In this document: piece by piece, positions 1 to 15,000 of the stretch
Layout of the letters: each line of letters starts with the position of its first letter
Numbering within the stretch: the first letter of the stretch is position 1
Assembly (NCBI GenBank): GCA_965237905.1
Contig: OZ250172.1
Span: forward strand, 960,001-1,024,000
Length of the DNA: 64,000 bases
Reading direction: 5' to 3'
Origin: Nitrospinaceae bacterium
GTDB taxonomy: Bacteria > Nitrospinota > Nitrospinia > Nitrospinales > Nitrospinaceae
The notes under the pieces: model-generated
What the model was told of the DNA's origin: nothing
Databases searched by the model: none
The model's input: the letters and a program-made list of their open reading frames with translations, nothing else
Program-made: the position numbers and the translations under genes

Positions 1-3000
1 GTGAAATCCTCATCCTCCAGATCCAATAGGGCGTATACATCCTCATCCGGCTCCACATCGCCATTATCGATGTACCATTCATCATCATCACTGGTGGCTT
101 CGGATTCGCTGAACTCACCGGATTCCTCGTCAAAGACCAGCGCCAGAGTCTCCTCTGAGCCATCCTCCTCGTCCTCCGACTCGCCCGTCAAGCCCAACGT
201 CTCTTCCAGGAAGGCTGAACCTGCCGCAAAGAATGCACTGCTCAGAAGGGTATCTTCTCCCATATGCCGGTAGCTGGACTCTTCTCCCACATACCGGGAA
301 CCCGACTGCAGGGTATCGCTCATCACCGAGGTATCAGAAGTGGCATCGTCGTGATCCAGTCCCAGATAATGGCCTATCTCATGGCTGACCGCTGTCAGCA
401 GGTCCATCTTGCCATAAGCCGCGCTATTGGGCTTCGCCACCCAACCGTTACTGCTTAATAGGAACTCCTCATTGGCATCCGGTGTCTCATCGACAAACCA
501 GCCGTGACCCGCCGCGTTGGGATCGATAAAGATCCGGTTGCCGGAAGATCGGCCCAGGGCCAATCCGGCCATATCGGCAATGTAGAATTCCAGATCATCC
601 AAAGTCGCCAACCGGGCCTGATCAATATAACCAACCCCGGTCCACCGGGTAACCGCCGCGTCGAATATCTTCTCCAGCTGACCGTGCGTCAAGGTCGACG
701 TCGCCGTAGACTCACCCGCCGACTCAGCCGCCATCAAAGCCGCTTCCGGTACTTCGAACGCGCGGTCATCAGTCTTGACCCTGACGTCGTCGAAGTTGGC
801 GTTGCCACCTAATGCCATCAGGCCGAAGTGGCCGTCGACGGTCGAAGCATTAAACACGTGCCCGACTATCGCCTGGAAGCCGCCATTGCCGGCAGCGTTC
901 AGCGTTGCGCTCACCGTCGTACCCTTGAGCGTGAGGCCCAGCGTGTAGTCCGTATTTACCTCAATCAACGTGGTTACCGTTGCATCCTCGGCCCAGCCGG
1001 AATTCTTCGTGTAATGTCCGATGATCAGTTGATCAGTGGTTGCATCAATCGCCATATACTTGAAGCTTTCGTCACCGTAACGGTCGAAGATGAAGCCCGC
1101 CTGGTCGACCGTATTGACGGCAGCGCTCAACTCAAGATAGGAATTGAAATTGAGATTGTCCGGACCGAGATCCAGCAGGTTCATGCCGAGGCTCAAACCC
1201 GGGTCGACGGTGTAGCGTCCGCCAACAACATCCCAAGCCCCGATCATGCCCATGGTGAACAGATCGGGAACACCGTCTTCAAAATCTTCGGTGTCATCCA
1301 AAGTCACCTGTGGCGGTAAGATCTGCACGCGAACATTATCGAAACTGCCACGCGCGTTGTCGGAGCCCATACCGACCAGGCCCCAATTAAGGCCGTAGGA
1401 GTAGTCGTCGACGATACGCGGCGCATAGGTGTGCTGGAACACCTCTGTATTGTCGACCACCAGGGTGACGTTCACGCCGTTGATTGCGACCAGCATGTTA
1501 TACCACTTGTCGGGCCTGACGCCTCCCTGGACGACGCCTTGCTCATCGACATGCCAACCGCTCGCGTCGCGATGGCCCATGACCAGCTTGTTTATCTTGT
1601 CGTCGATCCCGACAAACTTGAAATCGGACTCGTTCTGGTAATCGAAAATCACATAGGCGTTAGCATCCCAGCCGCCTGTGGCTTTGTCAAATTTCACCGA
1701 AGCCTGCAATTCGAAGTATCCCGGCAGCTGGTCGCCGACGTGGAAAACCGCGACGGCGTCGCCGTCGAGCGACTCGGCCGCAACTTTCAGCTCGCCGCCG
1801 CTCACCTCGAACACACCGCTATCGACGAAGAAGCCTGTGCCGATGATCCCCTGGGTTCCATCGAAGCTCGCCGAGCGCAGCACGTCGCGAGGACCGCCGG
1901 GAATATTGCCAGGCTGCGGATCGTCCGGCGCGCCGGTCTGGTCTTGCCAGGCAAAGTCCTGCTGGCGTACAAGGCCCAGCTCGCCATCCGGCTCGCCATT
2001 GCGCGCCGGATCGCCGCCTCGCGTAAAGTCCGCGCCGTCGCTCTCCGACAAGGCGTAAAGGAACTCGGCCAGTTGTGGCTGCAGTGTGCGCGAGACCGTG
2101 CCCATGCCGAACGGCGCAAACGGCACGATATAGCTGTTAAACTCGCCCGCCCAGTCGATCAGCCGGTCGCCGCCGGTGTTGCCGATCAGCCGATCACGTC
2201 CGGCACCGCCATAAGCCCGATCCTCGTAAGTCGGGTGGGTGTCCGGAGCATCGTTCTGACCAACGCCTAGGATGGTGTTTGTGGTGTGATCGTCGTCGGC
2301 GTTGTGCAGGTCGTCACCCCAGCCACCGTACAGGTTGTCGCGCCCGGTGCCACCAACGATCCAGTCGTTGCCCAGATCGCCAAAGAGCTTGTCGTCGCCG
2401 TCGTCGTGTACTGGCCCGTATTCGATGCTTTGGTTTCCTCCGGTCGCGCCCGCTGGACGGAAAATCCCTTCCTCCTCGTTGAAGTTCAGGATGAACGGCG
2501 AGTTTGCTTCCAAGATGTACTGCCCGCCACCAGGCAGGTTGAAAACGACGTCCTGTCCGTCCTGCGCGCCGTAGAAGATCTCCAGACGCGGTTCGAACTC
2601 ATCGTACTCAGCGAATTCGCCCGTCACCATGCTGTAACGCAGCACGTCGCCCGGATTGAACGGCAGGTCGTAGTACTCGGGCAGTGCCTCGGCGCCCGAC
2701 ATCGCGTCGTCGCCCGAGCCGCCGTGCTGCCAGTCGCTTCCGAGACCGCCGTAGATAATGTCGTCAGCGTATTGAGGATCGGACAACTCATTGCCGCCCG
2801 CCACCGGGTTAAACGGCGTGAGGTCGACCGATTTCTTCAGCTCGCCGGTGACATGGATGTCGGCCTGCTGGACGTTGCCCGGCGTATCGATGTGCTCCTG
2901 GATCGTCGCCGCAATGCCGTAGAGCGGCTCCGCGGTGCCGTTGCGGCTGGTAAAGATGCGCCCGTCGTCGCCGAGCACGCCGTCGTCACCTGTGCCACCG

Positions 3001-6000
3001 GAAATCCAATCACGACCCCAGCCGCCGAACAGGTCGTCATCCTGACCTTCGCCAAAGACCACGTCGTCGCCGACTTGCGCGTAGATGAAATCGTCACCGG
3101 ATTCGCCGTGCAGTTCATCGCCGGCACCGTTATCGATCAGGCCCGGATCCCAGTCGGGTCCGCCCGGGGTATAGTCGAGTAATTCGGCGGCACGTACAAC
3201 AATCTGCTCGCCATAGCCGTCATCGTAATTAAAACTTAAAGGCGCACCGCTTGCATCCAGCAATCGGAAGATGTTGCCGTTGTCGCCGAGGATCATATCG
3301 CTGTCGCGCGAATGGCGGTCTACAAGAGCGATGTCAACCGCACCCGAGCCATCGCCCGTGCTACGGTCTTCTACATATTCGTTGCGATTGATGCGGATAC
3401 CGGCGCCGCCGAACAGAAGGTCACCTGCATCCGGACGTTCTTCATCCGTGTCGAGGCTGAAAAAGTTCGAATTACCACCGACAATGTCGTCCTGACCCAG
3501 GTTACCGAAGATCACATCGGTACCGGCATTGCCCTCTATATAATCGTCGCCGTCACTATCGGCCTCGAAGGAAGCCGTCACCAAGAGCGCACCAGTGAGC
3601 CCACCTGGGAGGACCTCACGACTGGCAGCTACAGGGATACCGCCCTCAACGAGGCCGTCTATCGAACCGTCGCCCTGGATCACGTCGTCACCGAGCTGAC
3701 CGAAGATGGTGTCGTCATCCGCTCCACCGGCGATGTAATCGTTGCCAAAATTGGTGCCGTCAGCGTCCTGCAACGCCTTGGTATGATCCAGACCGGTGAT
3801 CTCGAATTCGGCCCACGGCGCGCTGATCCGCGGATCGGCAAACCCCGTCACCCGATCGGCCAGGACATCCCCATTTTCGTCATAGATGAGCGAACCGGTC
3901 AGCGCGCGAACCCGTGGACTCGCATCACGCACGAGGGCGGTTTCCGGACGATGTTCGAGCACCACGTTGTCGCCGAAAATCAGGTCGTCATCGGTGCCGC
4001 CATCAATGCGGTCACCCAGGGTGTTGATGCTGTTGGCGCCGCCGATAAGGATATCCGCACCGCTGTCGCCGTAAATTGTGTCCTCGCCGCCTTCGTTGAG
4101 AACAGCACTTTCGATTTTAGCGATCTGGAAGTAGGCGGTAGAGAAAACCTTCAGTGCCGGGACCACTTCTGTGATAATGCCGTGGTCACCAAATACGATA
4201 TCGGCTCCGCCGCCGCCGTGAATGACATCGTCGCCAACGACGAGCGGATCGTGATTCGGGAAAGAGCTCGTGTTCACCGTTGGAATGGTCAGGAGGTTCG
4301 TTAACGGATCGACGTTGACGCCGGAATCGCCGTAAATATGGTCGACGCCGTCCTGTCCGAAAAACAAATCGTTGCCCGAGCCGCCGGCGAGATGATCGCC
4401 ACCCTGACTGCCGGTGATCGCATCGTCGCCCAGTCCGCCGTAAATCGTCAGGCCGAGAATGGAAGCCGAGGCATCAATGATGTCGTCGCCAAAATTACCA
4501 AACTGGATGGCCAGCGGGTTCTCTTCTGAATCCTGTTCCACGATACCTGACTGGCCTCGGTAGCGGTTGCCGTCCTGTGAGGTGTCGCCGTAGACCACCA
4601 GCGGCGAGGCCGAACCGCCGCCGCCATTGATGATGATGGTATCGCCGCCCCGCACGCCCGGTGCGGTCTCGGTGTTGCCGCCCCCGTGGACCAACGTCAG
4701 GCCACCGTGTAATGCCGGGTTCCTCAGAGTGTCGTTGATGGTCAGCAGGTCGTTGCCAGTGCCGAGCAGAATTTCAAGAACCTCCAGGTCATCCACCGTG
4801 ATGCCGCCCGGGAAGGTGATGTCGTCGGACGGATCACCGGGGGTGCCCAGATCCGTGGTCAGATTATCGCCCATACCAAATCCCGACAGGTTGATCGGTG
4901 CGGCCAGCGAAACCACATCATTGACCACAGTCACCGCATCAAGCACGCCCGTATCGTCAGAGACACTGCCATCATTGAAAATGTTCGTACGGTCGACCTG
5001 CAAATTCTCGTCGACAAAGAAATTCTCCGATTGATCGGTGATGGCAAAGGTGCTTGCGCTGGTGGGCACTACGGTATCCCCGAAGCCAGCCGATTCGAGC
5101 AGGGTTGGGTTCTGTAATGTCAATACCGAAGTGCCGGGCGTGGTTACCGAATCGATCGCGTTGATTTCCCAGAATCGGCCCTGGCCGGGACCGGTACTGA
5201 TCTCAAGCGTCAGTCCAACCAACTCACTAAAGGTGGCCAGACCCAGCCGGACACGTGCCACTTCAAGGTCGGCGGTTGCGACGGTCATGGTATCCACTGC
5301 GCCGGACTCCCCGGTGCCGGTGAAATCCTGAACGTCCCCGTCTGCCGGAAAGATATTGGATTCGCCCGGCAACATCACGGGGTTCACCAGCGAACGGTTG
5401 GCACCCTCAAGGAAGAAACCCTCGATGAGCAACGGACCCGCTATCCCGGCCAAGGTATGCGGCTGGACGGGGAATTTCTTAATGAACTCGGCTCCCGGCG
5501 CAGGTACGAAATCGGGGTCTACCGACACTTCCAGCGTGACGGCGTCAAACCAATTCGATGCATTAAACGTGACCGTCGGTGGCAGGCTGCCGGTCGCACC
5601 AGAGAACCTTATGTCGTCGCTACTGATCAACGTCTGCCCGTCCGTAAGAATGCTGACGACAACTTCTCCGACTGGGGCGCTGGTGAGGCGGATATCGTAG
5701 GAATCAGACACGGCAGGATTTGCAGCGTCAGCCTTGAAGAGCAACGTGGAGCCGTCGGTCTCGGTCACCAGCAACCCGGCAGTATCGTTATCGACCACGA
5801 TCACCTCGAGTTCCGGCGCGCCGTCGACCACGAAACCGGTATCGGTGCTGGTAACGTTGTGGGTGATGGCCAGGCGCAGGGTATTTTCCCGTACGCCATC
5901 ATCCACGGCTTCAACACCGATTTCGACTGGATTCATGTTAGTGGAATCGAAGACGATGGTATTCGTTGTCGTATCGAAGCGTGCATCTCCCATCAGGTTG

Positions 6001-9000
6001 GTCAGTACAAATTGTGTGCTATCGAAATCCAGCGATACCGTCACTGTCTCGCCTGCAACCGGTGGCCGCGTAAGCTGTAAGGTGTAGCTATCACTGATGC
6101 CGGTGATATTGCCCGGCGCCATGAGGTTGCCCTCCAGAATCTGAGTCTTGTTGCCCGTCTGCTCGAACACCAATCCGGCCTGATCGTCATCGATAACCGT
6201 CACTTCAACATCGGAAATAGCAAATTCCTGATCATTAGAATTGAAGAATAGATCATCGCTCTTCATGGCATGGCTGACAACATAGATACGTTCGCCTTCC
6301 ACGAAGCCATCGTCGATCCCCTTCACTGAAACGATCTGATCATCCATCCAGTTGTCAGAAGTAAAAGTGAGCACTACCGCTTCCTCGAAGGTTGTGCCAT
6401 CGGAGGAAACCAGGATACTGTCGCCGCCCTGATCTTCATCCTCACTCGCGGAGCGTGCCGCCGAAACAGTAACATAAACGTTTTCTGTCGGCGCACTGGC
6501 CAGGCGCACGGTGTAATCATCCAGGGCACCCATACCGGACTCGCGAACGACCGTTTTTCCGTCGGACTCTGTGATGATAACTTTCCCCTGATCTGCGGTT
6601 CCAATAGTGAGGTCAATACCCGGGGCGAGCAGTTGATCGTAGTCTGCGTCGGTCGTGCTACTAATGGAGTGATTGATGACGCCGCTCAGGCCTTCCGGGT
6701 CGCGGCTGATAATTGTTTGGGTCACATCACTGCCGACGTTGAATTGATCGCTACCCAGCCCGCCGATGACGGTGGTCACCACGCCGCTGGGGGTGCTCAG
6801 CACGAAGAAATCGTCGTCACCCTCGACGCCGTCGACCTGCACCGCTTCTATATTATCGAAACGAACGAAGAGGCCCGCGCCAAAGACGCCGTCTTCAGTG
6901 ATGGCGAAGTTGTCACTGAATTCGGTGCCGACCACCACCACGGTATCGAACCCGCCGCCGCCATCGATGGCTACAGGCGCGTTGATGTTGTACTGTATCG
7001 TGTCTTCGCCGAGTCCGGTATCGATCTCGGTAGTCTCTTCGGTGGTAAAGCCGTCGCCGGTAACAAGCGCGAAGGCCCGGATGACGAAGGTGTCGTTGCC
7101 GTCATTGCCTTCGAGGCGCAGTGGGGCCTTGTTGCTGTAAATCGAGAACTGATCCTCACCGGACCCGCCGTAGATAGTCATCGGCAGACTCACACCACGG
7201 CTGAGGAACCCGCGCGTGGCCTCCACGGTATCGAAGGCGTCTTCGGGTGCGACATCATCGGCGACCCGCGCTGTCTTGTACAATTGACCGATCTGGAAGG
7301 TATCTTTACCGGCGCCGCCATCCAAGGTGACAATGGCAGTGGTGTCGTCGCTGGCGAAGTAATCGTCGCCGCCGAGGCTGTTGACGATCAGCCGCCCGTT
7401 GATGTTCTCATCATAATTGATTCGCTCCTGCTCGATGGGGCGATCCGGAGAGTTGGCCAGCACTTCATCCAACGTGCCCTTGATCAGCGTCACGAAAGCC
7501 GGCGCATCGGCGACCTGTCCGATGATCTCCGTCACCCGGCGCAACAGGAAGATATCGGAATTGTCCGAACCGTTGATGGTCAGTGTATCGGCGCCATCGT
7601 TGGGCAGTCCGGTGTCAAGCACGTTGACCCGGTAATCAGTGAGCCCGCCGGTGGTGTTGATGATGTAAGTATCGTAACCGCCGCGACCGTCCAGATCCAC
7701 CGAATCACGCACCAGTCCATCAACGCCGTCGCCCGGACGGTCGTGGGAGTTTGTGATCGACGGCAACTGATCGAGAATAATCGTGTCACGTCCACCCGGC
7801 AAGCCATCGATATCACCCAGCACATGGGTGTAACCGGTCAGGGCTTCGGGTTCCAGGATGATCAGGTCGTCTTCGCGATTGCCCGCGATCTCAATGGCAT
7901 CCGTATCGAGGGTATTCAAGATGTGGATGAATGTAGGATCGGCATCGTTGTTGCCGGTGTCACCAATGTCGCCATGGAGAATTATTTCATCCGCCGACAC
8001 GACCAAACTTCCCAAGTCGAAGATCGCATTATCTCCGGCATTGAGAAAAACCGAACCCAGAACCGCGAAGATCCGCGCGTTCGGATCCATCAACAGGTCT
8101 TCACCTGTGTCGGCCGAATCGCGCACGTTCAAACCCACGTCGCCCTGATCGGAGTTCACCAGACCGACGTTCAATTCACCGTTCACCTCGGTCAGGTAGA
8201 TATCGCTAGTCGCCGTCGCATTGAGGTGACCCGTCGAGAGAATGGGCGACGAATCGATTTCAATGGCATCGCCACTGGTACCGATACTGCCATTTTGCGC
8301 CGTCATGTTAATGTTGATGGCAGAGATGTTGAGGTCTTCGGGGTCCAAAGGTGCAGTGATATTGAAATCAGCAAGGGTGAGACCCTCGATGCCGAGCGCA
8401 AATAGTAAATTTCCATCGAGAATCGAACCGTTGACAGTCTCCAAAGTCACATCGTCCGTCTCGGAAACGATAGTGTTAATCACCATGTCGTCATCGGTTT
8501 CGATCAGGCCGTCATCGGTTTCAATCAGGAAGATCTCGCCGAAAGCTTCCACCGTTACCGTGCCGCCGATCAAATGAGACGAGTTGATCTCGAAGGGATT
8601 CGGATTCGATGTACCAACCGTGCCGGCTTCGGCATTGAGCACGATAGTATTGGCGTCGATATTACTGGTGCTGTCCGAGCGACGATCAACGATGGAGAGG
8701 TCGGCCCTCACCGCCACGGTCCCCATCAAAGCAGTGATCTGGTCGATCAACGCGTCGCCTTCCACGTCCAGGGCCACATCACCGGAGTCGGACTTCAATT
8801 CCCTGATGTTCAAGGTGCGCGGGCTATGGATAAAGATGTCGCGACCGGCAAATGCGTCAAGATCCCCGAGCCTGATTTCTACATCCAGGAAGTTGGATGC
8901 GATTCCAATATCGCCCCCGGCTGTCAAAGTGACATCGCCGGTCGCGGGGCTCGTCACGTTGCCGGTAAAAACGTTGACAATCGGAGCGCCGCTGTCTTCA

Positions 9001-12000
9001 AAGGCATCAAGGATCGAGTCATCTGCTATCAGATCAACGGAAACATCAGAGGAGACCCGGCCAACAATCATGTTGCCTTCGATCACTTCGATGGTGGCGC
9101 TTCCACCTGCGTCGACCCGGGAAACGAAGAGATCTGAAATCTCCTGGAAGATACTGTTGATGGTGACGTCTTCGGCAACCTGTACAATATCCACCTCGCC
9201 TCCGGCGATGGCGCGGAGCGCACTGGAGGGAGACAGCTGGATACGGAATGGACTGGTCCCATCATCCCCTTGAATGAAACCGCTGGCCCCCAGAGTCAGA
9301 TTACCAAAAGAGCTGATCGCCGCTAGCGTCCCCGTGTCGTGGAGGTCGGTAATGTTACCTTGTGACTCGAGTCTCACATCACCGCCGGCGATGATGTGCT
9401 GGATCATCACGTCCGCCGGGGTCTCAAGGGAGACACCATCAAAAGCGTCGACGGTGAGACTCGATGTGGCCTCGAAGTCTACGTCATCCGAAAGCTCCAG
9501 AGTCAGTGACTCAACCACGAACTTGTTCAGCACCAGATCGCCCGCCATAATAGTGGCAACGGTATTATCGTCAGTCGCGTGTTCCGCAACCAGTTTTTGC
9601 CAGCGGGTTCCATCGTTGTAGTCCTGGTTGGCGAAATTGATCGAGCCTGAGGTACCCAGGAACTCGTAGACTCCATACACATCGGCGTCAAACTCCACCA
9701 ATACGGTATTGCCAGTATTCACCAACCCCGTTGAATCGACACTGGTGACGAAGTCAGGCGTAATCTTCTGCCATAGGCTGGTATCGCTGAATCTATCCTG
9801 ATTGAGGTAGTCACTTAAAAACCGGTCGTTATCAACATCCTGAACGAAAATGGTCGGATCGATATTTTTGAAGTTGCTGAAATAGCGGTTTTCAACCGGG
9901 TTCTGCTCGAAAGTAACCGGGTCAACCAACGTCGCTTCCATCCATAGGGTGATATCCGTGAAGTCAGTCTGAGACAGGAAGATCTCGGTCTCGGCACCGA
10001 TGTATTCGAATACAACTCCCTCATGATTGACCAGGGTAACGTTGGGGATAGCATTAATATTCGAAGTATCGATCCAGCTGGGATGACTCATGTCCGAAGC
10101 ATCGACCCAGTTGACGTCATTGGCGTAATCCACATCACGCAGAGAAATTTGGATGGCCGTGGCGCCAATGTATCGGTACACCGTGCCCGTGTTCAGATCT
10201 TTAACCAGGGTCACGTCTGGGATAACTTCAACATGAATCAAATTGACGTCCAGGTCCGCAGTCCCAATGTACCTGAACAGTTCATAGTTGACGCCGACAA
10301 TGTCGTTGGCCGTTGCACGCGACAAAAGCTCTTTCTCAGCGGTCGAGAGGGCGGAGTAATCGAACGGCTGGTCGGGAGAAGTTTGCTTAAAAACGATCGT
10401 GGTGATGGCCTCGACACGACCGATCTGGGCCTCGGCCTCGGCACCGCCGGCGATCAGCGTGACATTCGCTCCCTTGATGTTAAGCGTCTCCGGGGCGGAA
10501 GTCTCCTGTTCCTCACCCAGGAATTCGGCCAGTGGGAACAGAGTCTTGTAAAGGCCGGGCGAAACGGGAAACCTGAAAGCGTCCAGCGTGAAGGTATTGT
10601 CATTAACCAATTGCTGTTGCAAGGGATTCAGGTTATCGGCATCGATACTGCCGCTGAGATTGAACAACTCAGTAAAGTTGTCGAGGATCGAGCCGGAGAG
10701 AGTTTCAAGCCGAACGTCACCCGTAAGGGAGTGAATGGAAGCCTCCGCGTCCGGAATCGCCTCGGGCTGGAGCAGATTAAGGTCATCCGGTATCTGAGGG
10801 TCATCCGATATCTCAGTGGGGTCGCTCAATATTTCGACAATGTTAATATCGCCCAGGGCTCGGGCGGCCACGCCACCAAATCCATGGGTATTGCTGTCAA
10901 TCCGGATCGCCTGGCTGGCCGTACCGATGGCGCCCTCATCCACACGAAGCTCGACCCGCTCACCTCGAATGAAGGAGGAACTGTCAAACATCGTGACGCC
11001 GTGCCGGGCGTTCACGGTCACATTACCGAAGATCGAAGTGACCTGGCCGATCACCACACTATTGTGATCATTGTCTTCGGAGAAGACATTGATGATGATG
11101 TCCCCAGTGGACAACGCATTGACCGGTATCCCGGTATTGCCCACAACGACCAGAACCAGAGTCGCGTCGGGATCAGCCACCGAAGCCGGAGAGTTGAAGA
11201 CCACGCCCGCATTGAGGTTTGTCGCGGCGCTGAAGATGCCCACCCCTTCGGCCTGACTGATGGAGCCGCCGGAAGTCAGGTGAACGTTACCGGAATCGGG
11301 TGCCTCAAGATGACCTTGAATGAAGATATCCCCCAGGGATTCGATGGTAATGTCCGGAACCGCCGCTCCCCCGGTGAAAACGATATCGATCGGATGATCG
11401 GCTTCGAGGGTATGCGTGAAGAAATCCTTGATACCCGTCTCTATCCGAATAATCGTGGTGACGGTCAGCGTACGCAAATAGCCGCCACCGCTGACATGCG
11501 GACCAAATTGGGTTACCCGGACATTTATAAAATCACTCAGGAACTCGTTCTTGCCCGGATCGCTTTCTTCGAAATCGAGATCTATTTGCTCTTGTGGACT
11601 CAGCTCCTCCCAATCCGGATTGCTGGGAAAATCAATAGTATTCAACTCCACGTCGATGGGCTTAAGCTGAGGAATATACCTGTAGATCAAACCGGTACCG
11701 ACATCAGGGCGCATGTCCTTGACCAAGGCACCCGTATCGATATCAACAGTTATGTCATTGATCCTCCGGAGCGCAATGGTATACGCATCGCCATCCTCGA
11801 CGTAGCCCGGTATTCCGTCACCGTTCTTTTCTTCCAGACTTTCCGATTCAAGCAGGAAATCGTTGTCGCGGTCTACGATGGTTCGAGACTGCCAGCCCCT
11901 ATCCTTTACAAGAAAATCAACCTGGATGCCCGGAAGGAGACCGAAACTCTTCTCCTGATAAACCCGCCGGTCGACATTCGTCCTCTCCTGACCTTCCGTC

Positions 12001-15000
12001 CAGACATACCGGAGGCCGTCTTCCAGTTGATACTTGATGTCTTGTCCGATAGCGTGCTGTATATCAACACCTTCCTGAATATAGTCGATTCGAGGTATAA
12101 ACCCGTCTTCATAGTCCTCTTCTGCCAGCTCGCCTGGCGGGGGATTAACAATCGCGGTCCCATTGAAGTGGGTCTCAGTGATCTGGCCGCCGGAAAGCTC
12201 ATAAACGGTTTTTTCCAGAAGGTCGGTATCGATGATGGTGATCTTGCCAACCCGATCTTCCGTGGTATCGATTCGATTGACGACAAGTTGAAAGGGACTG
12301 TTGTTATCGATGTCGACGCCGGTGAACCCGCTGGCGACCTTGAGTTGCCCGTTGCCCGTGCTCATGATCTGACCGGCAATAATGATCTCACCTCCCTGAG
12401 GTACCAGTTCCTCCAGAACGATGGCTTGTCGCTGCGCATCCCAGTACCCGTCGATCGGAACGCCGTCCGCACCGAAGCTGATGCCGGGTAGAAAATTTCC
12501 GCTGGAATCGCGGAAGTTGGTGGTTTGGGTCGGCCCTACGAAATCGGCAGCAATATCCATTTCAATGACATCGGTACCGCTCTGTATCAGTCCGTTGACA
12601 TTCAGGAACCGGGCGGTGATAGAAATCCGTCCCTGCGACAAAATCTTCGAAGCAGAGGTAGGATCCTTTCTCACATTGAGATCGTCGGGGGATCGAACAT
12701 CAGACGCATCCTCGTTGATCGCGTCGGCCAGGGTCGCCAGGGGGGTTACCTGGACAACAGGGTTTTGCCTTAGAAAAAAGTTCAGAAAACCTGTGCCAAA
12801 ATTGCTCAGGTACCGGTTATTCTTCGGACTGCTGGAAGAGAAGTCGACGAAACCGTCGTCACCTGGCTCCAACAACTTCCAATTCGGATCGCCGGCATAA
12901 TCAACAGCATTCAGCAACACACTGGCAGCACCCGCCCCGACGTACTTGTAGACCGAACCAAAAGTAAAGGAGCCGAAGAAACCACCTCCATTTCCACCAT
13001 CATTATCAACGAACACCTCCCGGACCAAAGTAGCCGTCGTGGCCAACACATCGTTCAGGCTGCCAAACCGAAACGTTGAATCGGGATCGGGGGGTGCCGG
13101 GAAATCGGGTTTCGCGCTATTGAATACTTGTTCCCTAACTCTGTCGTAGTCGATGTACTGGCGCGGATCCCGGTTGGTGTGCAACCAGTCTTCCGCGTTC
13201 AGCGTGAAATCTCCGGCCGCCCCAATAACGACTTGTTCACCCCGGATCTCGCCGCTGACGCTGATACTCGCCTCGGCATTTTGGATTTCTATGGTGCCGT
13301 CCTCGTTGATGACATCGCCCCGGATGAAAAGATCTTGCTCCACCGAGGGAAGCAGAAAACCCTCGGTATCATAATCGGTGATCAATCCCAGAAGATTCTG
13401 TACGATGGTAATGGTCTTGTTTTGCAGGTTGAGGAATTCGATTTCCGCTTTGAATGCTTCGAGTTCCTCCGGCGTCAGGTCAGAAGGAAAAACCGGCTGG
13501 TTGTTGAGGTAGACGTTTCCGGGTTCAAGGAGCTGGAAATTCCCATTGTCATCGATCGTTATGCGCTTGTTGTCCCGAATAAACGTGTCATTGACGATCA
13601 TCGAAAAGGGCGTTTCGTTGAAAATACTGATTTGGGCGCCGGCTCCCGCCAGAATCTGGGTGCCCACAATATCGCCAAACGCGTCGGAAGCCGAATCCGG
13701 AGACTCGATAAAGACCGATCCGGGAGACGCTTCGATATTCGGCAGTTCCAGGAATAACGTATCCAGCTCGGCGTTGATTCCCAGTTTTTCTTCTCCCTCA
13801 ACCTCTTCCGTAGCGAACAGGCCCAATTTAATCAAAGCCGTTTCGACCGCCAATAATTGGACCGCATACCGCGCAAGCGCCTCGTCGTCTCCATCATGAT
13901 TGACAATCCAACCGAGTATCTTTTCGTACTCCTCAATCAGAAGGTTGCCCACGTTTGCGTAGGTCAAACGGAGATCTTCCATTTGGACCGGTTTGACAAC
14001 GTAGAATTTATTCTCCAGCGCTGCCCCCAACTGAAGCGTGATATCGCTGTCGTAAATAGGATTACCGGTCGTTTCTTCTATCAAAATCTCGTCGGCGGTG
14101 AGCACACCCAGATTCCTCCAACGACTGGTGTCAAAATAATTTTCTTGCTCCAGCAAAACCGCATCCGAGCTATGATCTGTCACCGGCCGATACTGGTAGT
14201 AGTTGCCCTCGATACCATTGGTGGAACCGGCAACCACTCTGACAATGGTTCCCTGGTTGATGCTGAGCACGATATTGTCGGCTCCCAGTGCGGCGAACTC
14301 GTAAGGCACGTTCTCAAGTTCTGCCGGCAGTCCAAAATCGATCTTTTGCTGAGTAGTCAGCTCCGTCCCCAGAAGGCTTGTGTCGATCCCCGGTATCACG
14401 GGGTTGCCCTGGAATTCGAAAGACTTGATCTGGACGATGATTTTATTGTTGCTGCCCGCTTTGACGGTAGCCGTGGGATCAATATTCACCTTGCTCACAC
14501 CCTTAACGACACCCGTGTCTGGAATACTCATGCCATAGGGAATCAACGAAAGCGATAGCGCCTGGCCATCGGTTTTGGCAAAAGGAAAAAGATCCGGATT
14601 GGCAACGAGGTTCACGTCTTGGAAAGCCTCGAGTTGGGTGTTGCCTGTAACGTTAACGAGGTTGTTCTCGTCGATTTCAGCCCTCAGTTTAGGTCTCGTG
14701 ATACTGGGCAGTAACGAGGCCGTCGTGATGGTGGCATTCGCAAAGCTAAACATAAGGTTCCCCGAGAGCAAGGCGCCTCCCTTCCCGGTGAACAGGTTGA
14801 CATCGTTCCCTTTGATCTGCGAATTGTGTACATCGACGCGGTTCTCGGCGCGCGTGATGGCATTGGCATCGCCGGAGGCCGACCCGCTCAGACCGCTGGC
14901 AACGAAAAGGTTGGCAGACGCCACATTGACGACTTCGCTCTTGGCCGAGAGCTGTACGTCTCCCCCAAGATTCTCCAGGATGGCGCCATCGACGGCGACG

